A stretch of 31,427 bases of DNA from a virus (lineage: Duplodnaviria; Caudoviricetes), in the IMG/VR virus record IMGVR_UViG_3300044858_002901, positions 1-31,427 of that record; one strand, 5' to 3'. A model generated the notes under the pieces. It did no database searches. It saw nothing but the letters and a program-made list of their open reading frames with translations, and was not told the origin of the DNA. The number at the start of each line of letters is the position of its first letter. Position 1 is the first letter of the stretch. Positions 1 through 9,328 of this stretch are shown piece after piece. Made by a program: the position numbers and the translations under genes.

Positions 1-16
1 GGGTCGTGGCCATTCG

Positions 17-427
17 TCAGCTCTCCTGCCAGCGGATGTCGTAGGTCTGCGTGATCTGATACGCCGGTGGCATCTCGGCACCACCGAGTGAAACGAAGTC
101 GTCGGATTCGTTCTCCAACGACACCTGGTCCACAACCGTATTTTCCGACTGCCCACCGTATCCATCCAGAACCACACGCATGGCGTCCGCCACCTCACGG
201 GTCTGGTCATACGTGACGCCGTACACCTGATACTCCAGGGTGACACGGGGCATGCCCATCGGGTTTCGCAGCGTCTGCTCTCGCTGGATGCCGGTACGCC
301 GCCATGTGACAAAAGGCAGGGATGCCGACGCCGGTGCGAGCACCGGGTAGATGCGTGAACTCACTAGCGACGTGACGGCTGTGCTGCTGACCAGGGCGGT
401 ACGCAGCACGGCTTCTGGCGATTTCAT
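17..427 (-). CDS. tail completion/terminator protein (DUF3168-like)
   Basis: 136 aa with RIYP...A.LPFVTW motif; sits directly after the gp10-like gene with an ATGA overlap. Confidence 0.8.
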   Translation of the reverse strand: MKSPEAVLRTALVSSTAVTSLVSSRIYPVLAPASASLPFVTWRRTGIQREQTLRNPMGMPRVTLEYQVYGVTYDQTREVADAMRVVLDGYGGQSENTVVDQVSLENESDDFVSLGGAEMPPAYQITQTYDIRWQES

Positions 428-1212
428 AGGCCGAAGTCTCCGTATTTCTTCTGGGTGGCACGGATCGCTGCGGACAGTGCCTTTCGCATCTCCACGTCTA
501 GGATGCTCTGCATCTGGCTCTGCGTGGACTGAAAGGCCCGCGTCAGCGGCCTACGGGCCGGGCTTCCACGAACAGTGCCGGTGGCGATAAAGTCCACGGG
601 GTAGCGGCGGACGCCAGGCCGGAAGAACGGGCCTCGCGTCTTGAACGACGACAGCACGCCGCTACGGTTGTCGGAAACCTTCTGCCGGGATTCCAGTCTT
701 GTGCGAATTCGGCCGCCCAAAATGACGCGACCGCGCCGAATAGTTTTAGTTTTAAAGCCCGGCGTCCTGGCCTTGGTGCCGTACTCCACGAGGTGCGAGT
801 GATAGGCCCTGTTGGGGCCCTTAAGCACGGTGCCGCCGATGAAAGCTGGCGTCGCGCCCTTCTGGCTCTTGCTGTTCACCGGGCGACGAAAGCCAACCAC
901 GACCACGCCCACTGGCAGCTTCGCCTTGTTGTTCGTGTACTTCCGCGACACCTGGCTGACGCTCGCCAGCAGGTTGCCTGTGACTTCGCCAAGGGCGGCG
1001 ACGTTCTTACGCAACGCTTCCTGGCCTGGCTTCGCCGCTTTCTTGAGCGCACGCAATTGGTACTTCGTGCTGATGTCTCGCGGCAGCCTTTTGAGCTCGG
1101 CCGCCACGTCTTCGAGCGGCTCTAGTGCAAACAGGGCTTTCGCCTTCTTGCCTTTGCCCAGCGCCAGCTTAATTAGCGGCCTATCGCTGCCGCCGGCAAA
1201 GACGCCTGCCAT
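424..1212 (-). CDS. HK97 gp10-family putative tail component
   Basis: Basic protein with ALKKAAKP...TGNLLASV, HLVEYGTK and a C-terminal PARRPLTRAF motif; position after the head closure gene. Confidence 0.75.
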   Translation of the reverse strand: MAGVFAGGSDRPLIKLALGKGKKAKALFALEPLEDVAAELKRLPRDISTKYQLRALKKAAKPGQEALRKNVAALGEVTGNLLASVSQVSRKYTNNKAKLPVGVVVVGFRRPVNSKSQKGATPAFIGGTVLKGPNRAYHSHLVEYGTKARTPGFKTKTIRRGRVILGGRIRTRLESRQKVSDNRSGVLSSFKTRGPFFRPGVRRYPVDFIATGTVRGSPARRPLTRAFQSTQSQMQSILDVEMRKALSAAIRATQKKYGDFGL

Positions 1213-1532
1213 TACGGGATCGTCTCCTGGCAGATGATCTCGTGCTCGCTACGGTTGCCACGCTCGAGCAGGCTAACAATCTCCAGCGTGCGGGACCGCC
1301 AGGCGAAACGCATGTTCTGCGTCAGCCCCGGCAGGTAACGCATCCGCACGCGATGCGTGACTCCGATCTCCTGCTGGCCAAGCCCCAGCGACTCGCGTGC
1401 ACTCACGCCTTCCACGCTTGCCCACACGGCCGACGAATTGCTCCACGACAGCACCTGCTCGCCGAGGGCGTTCGTCGTGCCGCTGGCAATCTGCACCGTG
1501 ACTCGCTCGCGGAGCCGGCCGGCGTCGATCAT
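1212..1532 (-). CDS. head-tail adaptor / head closure protein (SPP1 gp16-like)
   Basis: MIDAGRLRERVTVQ...VWASVE...THRVRMRY. The start at 1532 overlaps the upstream stop (ATGA). Confidence 0.88.
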   Translation of the reverse strand: MIDAGRLRERVTVQIASGTTNALGEQVLSWSNSSAVWASVEGVSARESLGLGQQEIGVTHRVRMRYLPGLTQNMRFAWRSRTLEIVSLLERGNRSEHEIICQETIP

Positions 1533-2143
1533 CGGTAAGAGCCCCAGCGTTGCGAGTCGAGAAGGGACTTCACGCCGAACTCGACTTCCTTGGAAATACT
1601 GCCAGTGAGCACACCGCTGCGGGCACCGTCGTACCAGTGGCCCACCAGCATCAGGATCGCGTGCCGGATCGCGGCCGGCACACTCGTGCCGCTCGCCCCA
1701 TAGCCGCCCCACCACGTCACGCTGATGGCGTTGTCATCCCGCAGATGCGGCGGCCACGTCTGGCCGTAGAGCGTCTTCACGGTGCCAGGCGTGCCGGCCC
1801 GGTCCACACGGTAGCTCGCCGTCGAGTAGGTGGACGTGGTGCCGTTCTCAAACGTGAACGTCAGAGCAACCGCCGTGGTTGTGCCAGCGGCAGCCATTGG
1901 CGGGCGAGGCAGTTCGATGTCGTGCGTCCCGTCCGGCGGGAACGTGTCAAACCGCACCACCCACTGCGTATGCACCAGCGTGCGGTCGAGATACTCTTCG
2001 CACCACTCACGGGCCGCAGCGATCAGCGTGCCAATGTAGGTGTCATCGTCGCTGGTATCGACCCGCAGGTGGGCCTTGGCCTCGGCAAGCGTGACGGGCT
2101 CAACCGCTGGCGGCGTCGCTCTGGTCAGACTTCGGTACTGCAC
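1529..2143 (-). CDS. head-tail connector (gp6/gp15-like)
   Basis: EPVTLAEAKAHLRVD...DDTYIGTLIAAARE and VPAAIRHAILMLVGHWY motifs. Confidence 0.92.
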   Translation of the reverse strand: MQYRSLTRATPPAVEPVTLAEAKAHLRVDTSDDDTYIGTLIAAAREWCEEYLDRTLVHTQWVVRFDTFPPDGTHDIELPRPPMAAAGTTTAVALTFTFENGTTSTYSTASYRVDRAGTPGTVKTLYGQTWPPHLRDDNAISVTWWGGYGASGTSVPAAIRHAILMLVGHWYDGARSGVLTGSISKEVEFGVKSLLDSQRWGSYR

Positions 2144-2339
2144 GGCGTCCTCGTCTCCTAGGCGTGGCGTCTGCCGTCTCGGCGTCGTGCTCGATGGCGG
2201 CAGTCTCGATCAGATCCTGCTGCCGGTCTTCGATGGCCACGCCCTGGGCAACCAGCTGCGTCGCCAGCCCGCCCGTCATCTCAACTGACTGCCCCTTGCG
2301 GTAGGCACGCCACGCGCGGGTAAATGTGATTTTCTTCAT
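2100..2339 (-). CDS. small hypothetical protein in head module
   Basis: 79 aa (MKKITFTRAW...). The ATG at 2339 overlaps the upstream stop. Confidence 0.65.
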   Translation of the reverse strand: MKKITFTRAWRAYRKGQSVEMTGGLATQLVAQGVAIEDRQQDLIETAAIEHDAETADATPRRRGRRAVPKSDQSDAASG

Positions 2340-3070
2340 TGGGGGACACTCCATGCAGACTCAGGACGTTTGAGCGTGGTCGTGAACTGCGTGGCCCACT
2401 GAAAAACAGGGCTGCTGAGATTCTTGCCGGGCCACGTAACGACATACTCTCCGTGGCCTAGCACGATGCGCGGCGAGACGAAGACGCGGTTGCCGCTTTC
2501 CCGCCAATTCGCCCAGAACCAGATATCAGAGTCGCGCCTGCCTTCACCCCAGCCACCGTTCGGATCTGGCTGCTCCCAGAACCATGGCTTCTTGCACCGC
2601 CTGAGAGCGGCCGTGCTGATGACCGTGAGGCCGAAATGTGCCGAGTCAACTTCCTGCACGGGCTCGGCAAACCATTCCTTATCGACCTTGGTGCTGCCGT
2701 CTGGCGGCGGGTTGTCCAGCATGCCCTTGAGCGTGAGCATCGGGCGACCGTCTTCCCGCTTCGTCTGCAGCCCAGTGATGGCGTCGCACTGGAACGTCAT
2801 CGCCAAGGCGAACAGGTGCTCGATGTCTTCCTTGGTGAAAAACGTGTCGTAATCAATGCACAACAGGTACTCAGCCTTGTCGATGAACTGCTCCATCACC
2901 CGCGTGTTGACCTGGCTCCAGAACGCACCGGTGCCCATCGTAGGGCGAATGCCGAGCGGCATCAGTGCCTGAGCCCAGGCGAAGTGATTGGCAGTAAACG
3001 ACAGCCTCGGCATCGACAGAATCGCTTCCACACGGATGTCAACTTCCGTGCCGCCGACCTTGACCAGCAT
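2336..3070 (-). CDS. GT-A fold glycosyltransferase-like protein
   Basis: YLLCIDYD (DxD motif), HFGLTVI, SDIWFW and VLGH resemble GT2-type motifs. GAGGT RBS precedes ATG 3070. Confidence 0.65.
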   Translation of the reverse strand: MLVKVGGTEVDIRVEAILSMPRLSFTANHFAWAQALMPLGIRPTMGTGAFWSQVNTRVMEQFIDKAEYLLCIDYDTFFTKEDIEHLFALAMTFQCDAITGLQTKREDGRPMLTLKGMLDNPPPDGSTKVDKEWFAEPVQEVDSAHFGLTVISTAALRRCKKPWFWEQPDPNGGWGEGRRDSDIWFWANWRESGNRVFVSPRIVLGHGEYVVTWPGKNLSSPVFQWATQFTTTLKRPESAWSVPQ

Positions 3071-3090
3071 TGTCAACCTCGCAAACGAGA

Positions 3091-3119
3091 GCGGGCCGCC
3101 CCGATTTGGAGCGGCCCGC
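3091..3119 (-). terminator. GC-rich hairpin after capsid gene (weak terminator/attenuator)
   Basis: GCGGGCCGC...GCGGCCCGC inverted repeat followed by TCTCGTTT on the minus strand. Confidence 0.55.
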
Positions 3120-3150
3120 CCAGTTTCCACTTCACGTCAAGCCGTCAGGC

Positions 3151-4470
3151 TCACGCACCGACCAGGCCGATGATCGGGCCGGCTACCGTCGAGGTGCCGA
3201 GGTTAGCGTGCGTGATCGCCACGCGAGCCACCGCACGGATCACGGTCTGATCCGACAGGAAGTTCACCTGATCGCTGGACGCGATCTCGATGGCCTGGCG
3301 GATGCCGTAGTAGCTCGAGTTCGCCATGTTCCCGTAGAGGGCCATGATCGCACCCGTCGAGTCCGCACCGCTCGGGAGCCGGTCGGTGAGGACCACCGGC
3401 GAACCCAGGAAGGTCGGACCCATGCCAGCCGCCAGACCAACCGACCCGCCCTGGGCGAGGTCGAGGTTCTGCATGCACGTCGCAAAGAAGAACGGCGAGC
3501 AGAACCACTTGGCGCCCTGACGCGAGTGCTGCGGAACCGCAGCCATCATCGCCAGAAGGTTGGCCTTCGTGACCTCGTCGGGCGTGTCACCGGCAGCCGT
3601 CACAAGCGACGCCGCGTAGGTGGCAGCCGAAGACGCCAGCAGGCCACCCGTGTGGCTGGTCACAAGGCCAGCCACGGCAGGGGCGTTGCTCGGGTTGCCG
3701 CTCCACGCAGCCGCTTCCACGGCGTTGCTGAGCGTCAGCGACAGTTCCGCAGCGATCCAGTCGGCGATCGACACGATGGAGTCCTGCAGGAGCTCCGACG
3801 CGATGACCACCGCCCCGGTCACCTTCTTCGCCGTCAGCGTGACCTGGTTGGAGGTCGGGTCGCTGGCGGTGATTGCCGAGTTCTCGTCAATCCAGTACGC
3901 GGTCGCACCGGCAGTCCGACGCGGGAACAGCAGCACGTCGCTCGGCATCACAACGTTGGTGGCGTTCTGAGCAAACGCGGAGTACTGGTCCACGAGCCGG
4001 ATCACGGTCGAGGAGAGAACGTCGGGCACGAAGGCCGCGCCGGTCGTGGAACCGGTCGAACCCTGGGCACGAGCCTCAACGCCGTGGTCCTGGCACCACC
4101 GCTTAGCCTCAACGTCGCCGCCCTTGGCCTTGAACCACATGCCGACCGAGTACGCGTCCTTGGCGTTCCCGAACGCACGGAGCCGACCCGAGAACGGGAC
4201 CGCTTCGATGCGGACCTTCTCGCTCCGCTCCTCGGTGGCCTCGGGGGCCGGCGAGCAGCGATCCACCACGCTGCGGAGATTCTTCGCCGACTCGGCAACC
4301 GACTTCTCAAAGTCGATCTTCTTGGCGAGCTTGCCGGCGTCGGCCGTCAGCGTCTCGAGCTCGAGGTCACGCTCGGCGATCTTGTCCGCGTCGCCTTCGA
4401 TGGCCCGCACGGCGTCGATCCGGTTGGCGAGGGTAACGGCCTCGTCCTGCAGCTTCTTGAGGTTGTCCAC
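3151..4470 (-). CDS. major capsid protein, HK97 fold
   Basis: 439 aa with an N-terminal coiled-coil delta domain, GAAFVP, AYWIDE, VTLTAKKV...ASELLQDS and FLGSPVV motifs; follows the protease. Confidence 0.95.
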   Translation of the reverse strand: MDNLKKLQDEAVTLANRIDAVRAIEGDADKIAERDLELETLTADAGKLAKKIDFEKSVAESAKNLRSVVDRCSPAPEATEERSEKVRIEAVPFSGRLRAFGNAKDAYSVGMWFKAKGGDVEAKRWCQDHGVEARAQGSTGSTTGAAFVPDVLSSTVIRLVDQYSAFAQNATNVVMPSDVLLFPRRTAGATAYWIDENSAITASDPTSNQVTLTAKKVTGAVVIASELLQDSIVSIADWIAAELSLTLSNAVEAAAWSGNPSNAPAVAGLVTSHTGGLLASSAATYAASLVTAAGDTPDEVTKANLLAMMAAVPQHSRQGAKWFCSPFFFATCMQNLDLAQGGSVGLAAGMGPTFLGSPVVLTDRLPSGADSTGAIMALYGNMANSSYYGIRQAIEIASSDQVNFLSDQTVIRAVARVAITHANLGTSTVAGPIIGLVGA

Positions 4471-4515
4471 GTGTGTTCTCCGCCGGCGGTATTGCCGATG
4501 GAGTTCACGGTCGCA

Positions 4516-4686
4516 CTAGCGGGCACCCCTCTTGCAGAAGCGCACTTCAGAAAGTGTTGTTTTCACAAACACCACGCCACGGGCACCGCATCGCGGGCAG
4601 CGTAGATACCGCTGCCGCTCGTCACCGCATGGGCGCGAAGAACGGCACCGCAACTTCTCGCCGCACGTGCAGCGGGCGTCAGCCAT
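4516..4686 (-). CDS. 56-aa zinc-ribbon protein (Ogr/Delta-like)
   Basis: Translated by hand: MADARCTCGEKLRCRSSRPCGDERQRYLRCPRCGARGVVFVKTTLSEVRFCKRGAR. It overlaps the protease stop and is below the ORF-track size cutoff. Confidence 0.6.
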   Translation of the reverse strand: MADARCTCGEKLRCRSSRPCGDERQRYLRCPRCGARGVVFVKTTLSEVRFCKRGAR

Positions 4687-5329
4687 TGCGGAGCCTCAGA
4701 GAAGCAGCCCAGGCGGCGGCGACGCCCCGCAGGGCCGAACGCGAACGATCCGCCTGGGCCGCAGGCTCGGGCGTGGGCTCGGTCTGCGACGCCAGCCACG
4801 CTTCGTAGGAACGCATGGCGACGCCGGCCGACGTTGACGGGTAAGCGGGCACCAGAACCGGGCCAACGTCGTAAAGACCGCTCACCTCGCGGATCTGCCG
4901 CACTGCCTTGCCGTCTTCGCCGGTGCGGAACGATTCGTTCTTCGGGTCCACCGTGAAGGCGAACGACGAGCCACGCACGTCACGCCGCTGGATGAGCTCG
5001 AGCACGTCAGCCCGGCTCACGGGCGGCGTCACCACGTACCGCAGGCCCTTCTCGTCAGACGAGAGTTCCAGCGTGCCGGAAGACGTGCGACCGAGGACGA
5101 TGTTGCTGTCATGATTGAACAGGGCCACCACGTCGCCCTTGCCTCGCTGGCGGCTCAGGATCTTGTCGAACGCGCCCGGCAGGATCTCCTCTTTGAACCC
5201 GCCAAGGTCAAGCGAAAGACGGTTGTAGACGGCGGCGTAGCCGATGATCGCGGCCCGGCCATCGGCACGGCTTTCCACGATCAGTTCGTGCTCGTCCTCA
5301 AACGCAAAGTCGCGGCGTTCAATTTCCAT
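4679..5329 (-). CDS. HK97-type prohead protease
   Basis: GYAAVYN, E.ILPGAF, ALFNHD, GSSFAF and LYDVGPVLVPAY motifs. Confidence 0.95.
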   Translation of the reverse strand: MEIERRDFAFEDEHELIVESRADGRAAIIGYAAVYNRLSLDLGGFKEEILPGAFDKILSRQRGKGDVVALFNHDSNIVLGRTSSGTLELSSDEKGLRYVVTPPVSRADVLELIQRRDVRGSSFAFTVDPKNESFRTGEDGKAVRQIREVSGLYDVGPVLVPAYPSTSAGVAMRSYEAWLASQTEPTPEPAAQADRSRSALRGVAAAWAASLRLRNG

Positions 5330-6611
5330 CGGTCGCGTCCTCCTCTTCGGCCTGGTCTTCGGCGTCATCGGCCGGCGTGTCTTCAACCTCGACGGCTGGC
5401 TCGGGCATCGGCTCCGGGGCCGGCGGCTCCTGGCCCACCTTGTCCAGCGTGGTCATGTTCAACTGCACGAAGTGCTTGTCGCCTTCCGGCCCGATTGGGT
5501 TGAGGTTCTCAAGCTCGCGGATCTCGTTGATCGTCATCCACCCGTTCTGCAGGGCCGAGACGTAGTAGGCAGACCGGCTCGCGTGGTCGCCACGCAGTAG
5601 GCCACTCACGCTGTGCTCGGCGAAGTACCGCTCGTCATCAACGATGAGGTCGCGGCTGATGGCCGCTTCCCATCTCTTGAGATGTGGCAGCAGGCAGTGC
5701 TGCACGAACTCGGTGCCTTGCACTTCGATGTTGCTGTACGTCGAGCGGGTGAGGTCTTGGATCATGTGTGGCGGCACACGAAACGCCCGGCAGATCTCGA
5801 TCACCTGATACTGCCGCGTCTCAAGGAACTGGGCCGCCTCGTTGCTGCCGCTGAGCTCGTGAGCCTTAACGCCATTCGGTAGCACTGCCGTGCGGTGTGC
5901 TCGATCCGGCCCCCGGTGCATCCGCTCCCACTGCTCACGCAGACGCTCAGCCGCCTCTGCCGGGATCGGGTTGTCACTCTCCAGCACGATACCGGGCCGG
6001 GCACCGTTGCCGAAGTACGTGCTGCCGTGGGCCTCCAACGCCTGAGCCAGCCCGATGGCGTTCTGGAAAATCTTGTACGTGGGGATCGCCTTGATGCCGT
6101 CCTCGGTCGTGAATCGCAGGGCGAAGATCTGCTCTTGGCTGTAGACCGTCTGCCGGCCGCTCGGCTCGCGGTAGCGATACCGCAGCGTTCCGTCTTCAAG
6201 CCGCTCGGCTTCCATCCGAGACGAGTGCAACGGCCACAGCTCCGAGACCGCACCTCGAGCACCTGGGCGGATCTCGGCGTAGCTCGCACCGTAGTGGAGG
6301 TACATGCCCGTCATCCAATCGCGGAACTCTTGGGCCGTCTGCCACGGGTTGGGCTGCATGTGCAGCAGGCGATACACGGGGTGGCTCGTGGCCTTCTGCT
6401 TGCCACCGTTGGCGAGCCGCTCGAAGACGTGGAGCGGAAGGGCAGAGACGGCGTCAGAGATCACCCGGATGCAGGCCGTGTACGCCGAGCAAGCCATCGA
6501 GTTGTCAGCGTTGACGCGAACGCCAGACGGCGTACGGCTGGAAGAAACCTCGGGCCAGTCGATGCCACGCAGGTCGAACATCTTGTAGTCAGCGACGGCG
6601 TTTTCGTTCAT
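5319..6611 (-). CDS. portal protein, HK97 family
   Basis: LLHMQPNPWQT, FGNGARPGIVL, AQFLETR, EICRAFRVPPHMI and TINEIRELENL motifs. Confidence 0.97.
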   Translation of the reverse strand: MNENAVADYKMFDLRGIDWPEVSSSRTPSGVRVNADNSMACSAYTACIRVISDAVSALPLHVFERLANGGKQKATSHPVYRLLHMQPNPWQTAQEFRDWMTGMYLHYGASYAEIRPGARGAVSELWPLHSSRMEAERLEDGTLRYRYREPSGRQTVYSQEQIFALRFTTEDGIKAIPTYKIFQNAIGLAQALEAHGSTYFGNGARPGIVLESDNPIPAEAAERLREQWERMHRGPDRAHRTAVLPNGVKAHELSGSNEAAQFLETRQYQVIEICRAFRVPPHMIQDLTRSTYSNIEVQGTEFVQHCLLPHLKRWEAAISRDLIVDDERYFAEHSVSGLLRGDHASRSAYYVSALQNGWMTINEIRELENLNPIGPEGDKHFVQLNMTTLDKVGQEPPAPEPMPEPAVEVEDTPADDAEDQAEEEDATDGN

Positions 6612-8170
6612 AGGGTGATGATGTCCCAGTTCTGGCTGGGCGTTGTCGAAGTGGCATGCACGCCGGCAGCCATCACCAGGCTCACGATGCCGTCAATTCG
6701 CTCGTGGCTTCTCTGCTTGCTCGGCTTGATGTTTTGCCCGTCTGTCTGAATGGCCACATTTCCGGCCTGCCAGGTAAGCACTTCGTGACCACCGTGAAGC
6801 AGTTTGCCGCCGACAATCCACGCCTCGACCTGGAGCGATGGGGCCGACATGGCTCCATATCCCTGCCCAAAACCTACGACCGGGAGCCCGTCCTCTTGCA
6901 GAAGTTGCTGCGTCAAGTGCGTTGAGTTCCAGCGGTCAACCGCGATCTGTCGAATCGTGTACCGCTTGGCGAGCTCTACGATGTCACGCCGGACTGCCGA
7001 ATAGTCCGTGACGTTCCCTTGCGTGACGTGCAGCAAGCCCTTCCGTTGCCACACGTCATACGGCACCTTGTCACGTTTCACGCGTTGCTGCAGGTTCTCT
7101 TCCGGCACCCAGAAGTGCGGCTGCACCCAGAAGGTTCCATCGTCTAGCGGAAAGAGAAGCACGAAGGCCGTGGTGTCGAATGTCGTGGCCAGGTCGAGCC
7201 CGGCGAAGCACGCGCGGCCAGTGAGATCAACCGGGCAGGGCTGGTTGCCCTTGGCCCAGTTGTGCATGCCGATCCAGCGCGTGTCCTGCTCTGTCCAGCA
7301 ATTCAAGTACAGCTGCTTGAAAGTGTTTTCGTATGCGGGCATCTCAATTGCCCGCTGGCACTCGCTACGCAAGAAGTCACGCTTTACCGAGACGCCGAGA
7401 TTGGGATTGGCTATCGCCCAGGTGCTTTCTTCACGCCAGTCTGAGTCTGGCGGCGAACAGTAGATCGCCGGCAGAAACGTCTCGTCTTTGATTGCACCGG
7501 TCCTCACTGCCTCGGCGTATTTCCAAACCTCCCAGCACACCGACTTCTTGTCGTGCCCGGCTGTCGTGAGTGCGACCGTAAGCGGGTTGCGTCGCGCCCC
7601 TTGGCTCGACAGCATCACCTCCCACATCTCCCGGTTGCTTACGTGGAGCTCGTCAAAGATCACGGCGTGAGCAGACAGGCCGTGCTGAATCCCGGCCTCG
7701 GCGGAAAGTGCCTTGTACGTGGCATGCGTTGACTCACGCACGATGGCGTTGCGGTAGACCTTCAGGTGCTGCCGCAGCACTGGCGACTGCTCGACAGCAA
7801 TGCGTGCGGTGTCGAACACCAGCCTGGCCTGGTCCCTTGAGGCGGCACACGAGTAGACTTCCGCCCCAGGCTCGTCCTCGAGCATGCAACGCAAAGCGAT
7901 TCCGGCCGCCAGCGTGCTCTTTCCATTTTTGCGAGGAATGGCCAGCAGCGACGTGCGAACCTTTCGCCGGCCGTTCTCTTCTGCGAACAATGCCCGCAGG
8001 TAGTCACGCTGCCACGGCTGCAGCAGGAACGGCTTACCACCGAGCTCGCCCTTGGCGTGCGTCAGGTGCTTCTCAAAGAACCGTACCGCGAGGCAAGACG
8101 AGCACGCATTGCACGGCTTTTCAGCCGAACATGAGGCGGTCTTCGTCGTCGCTCGACGCTGCTTGCTCAA
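6608..8170 (-). CDS. terL: terminase large subunit
   Basis: Walker A (IPRKNGKST), Walker B (VIFDELH), nuclease GLDLA and ERIDGIV motifs. The start is uncertain (TTG). Confidence 0.96.
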   Translation of the reverse strand: MSKQRRATTKTASCSAEKPCNACSSCLAVRFFEKHLTHAKGELGGKPFLLQPWQRDYLRALFAEENGRRKVRTSLLAIPRKNGKSTLAAGIALRCMLEDEPGAEVYSCAASRDQARLVFDTARIAVEQSPVLRQHLKVYRNAIVRESTHATYKALSAEAGIQHGLSAHAVIFDELHVSNREMWEVMLSSQGARRNPLTVALTTAGHDKKSVCWEVWKYAEAVRTGAIKDETFLPAIYCSPPDSDWREESTWAIANPNLGVSVKRDFLRSECQRAIEMPAYENTFKQLYLNCWTEQDTRWIGMHNWAKGNQPCPVDLTGRACFAGLDLATTFDTTAFVLLFPLDDGTFWVQPHFWVPEENLQQRVKRDKVPYDVWQRKGLLHVTQGNVTDYSAVRRDIVELAKRYTIRQIAVDRWNSTHLTQQLLQEDGLPVVGFGQGYGAMSAPSLQVEAWIVGGKLLHGGHEVLTWQAGNVAIQTDGQNIKPSKQRSHERIDGIVSLVMAAGVHATSTTPSQNWDIITL

Positions 8171-8579
8171 CGGCTGAGACTCTCGCCAGGGCCGACGCCG
8201 TCAAACCGAACTGCTCTGCAAAACGCAGCATGTGCAGGCGGGCGTCCTTCTTGCGATACCAGGCCGGGTGATTCATCACCCTACCCTTATCGTCCATGAA
8301 CGTGGCCCCGTGCTGCTTCAGTTCCGCCTCGGCCTTCACCATGTCCGCCAGGGCGTCGCAGTACGCGGCCAGCGTGTGCTGGTGCCGCATGCTCATTACC
8401 TTCGACGCCTCAAGCATTGGCACGATCCGCTGCCACTCAGCACGGCCGATCTCGCACAGGTACGAAGGCGGCTCGGGAATGCCAGCAGGGGCTTCAATTC
8501 CGCTCTTATGCGGTCCCCTAACGCGAGCCCCTCGGAGCTTAAGAATCGGTTTAGGCGTAGGCTTCCGGCCCTTACCCAT
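8121..8579 (-). CDS. terS: terminase small subunit, P27 family
   Basis: GRKPTP..LKLRG, AEWQRIVP, NHPA and FGLTASALAR motifs; lies directly upstream of terL. Confidence 0.92.
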   Translation of the reverse strand: MGKGRKPTPKPILKLRGARVRGPHKSGIEAPAGIPEPPSYLCEIGRAEWQRIVPMLEASKVMSMRHQHTLAAYCDALADMVKAEAELKQHGATFMDDKGRVMNHPAWYRKKDARLHMLRFAEQFGLTASALARVSAVEQAASSDDEDRLMFG

Positions 8580-9328
8580 TACGCCACGCGATAGAACGAC
8601 GGGAACCGTGGCACGCCGGCGTCCGTCAGTTGCTGGTACTTGAACGTGAACACGGTGCCAACCGCTGGCGGATCACGACGCAGCGCGTCCGTCAGCCCTG
8701 ACGATACGCGGAACTCCGTGCCGTCTTGCAGTTGGGCAACCAAGGCACCAACGCAAGACGCATTGCGGCCGGTGCCGGATTCGTAGCCGACCACCGTCGC
8801 CTCGGCGTCGTGGAACGTCTTGACCTTGAGCAACGTGCCGCTTCGCTTCCGCTCATAGCGGCTGGCCGGCTGGCGAAGCATCAGCCCCTCGCCGCCTACT
8901 GCCTCAACGCGGGCGAGCTCCTCGAGCATGTGGGCCTGGCTCTCGCACCGCATCTGCGGCAGCACAAACGCTAGACCGCGATTGCCGATCGCGTCACGCA
9001 ACGCAGCCTGCCGATCCTCGAACCCGCCCAGCGACATCGGGGCATCAAACGCCGCGAACCGGATGGACCGCCATTCGTCGCCTCCGCCATGCGACCGCAC
9101 GACGCCGACTGTCTGCTGGAACTTGCCTCGGCCGATCCAGAGCTCGCCATCCAACGGCTCGCCAGCCGGCAAGCCGTCGAGGAACCACTGCGGGGCGTGG
9201 ATCTCCTGGCCAGAACGCGTGGCGAGCGTGCGGCAATCCCACACGGCCCGCACGCCGTCGAGCTTCTCACTCATCCACCAGCCAGCCGGATCGGAACCGG
9301 CCCACGTCTTCGCAAGTAGCACGGGCAT
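8579..9328 (-). CDS. minimal ATP-dependent DNA ligase
   Basis: Motif I SEKLDGVR, III LDGELW, IIIa FAAFD, IV EGLMLR, V LLKVK and a C-terminal PRFP OB-domain motif. GGAGG RBS; TGATG overlap. Confidence 0.93.
   Translation of the reverse strand: MPVLLAKTWAGSDPAGWWMSEKLDGVRAVWDCRTLATRSGQEIHAPQWFLDGLPAGEPLDGELWIGRGKFQQTVGVVRSHGGGDEWRSIRFAAFDAPMSLGGFEDRQAALRDAIGNRGLAFVLPQMRCESQAHMLEELARVEAVGGEGLMLRQPASRYERKRSGTLLKVKTFHDAEATVVGYESGTGRNASCVGALVAQLQDGTEFRVSSGLTDALRRDPPAVGTVFTFKYQQLTDAGVPRFPSFYRVA

Noticed and set aside
3070-4605. 511-aa plus-strand ORF (and similar long ORFs at 10998, 19764, 19970 and 23746)
   Set aside because: These are antisense shadows of clear minus-strand genes in GC-rich DNA and carry no recognisable motifs.
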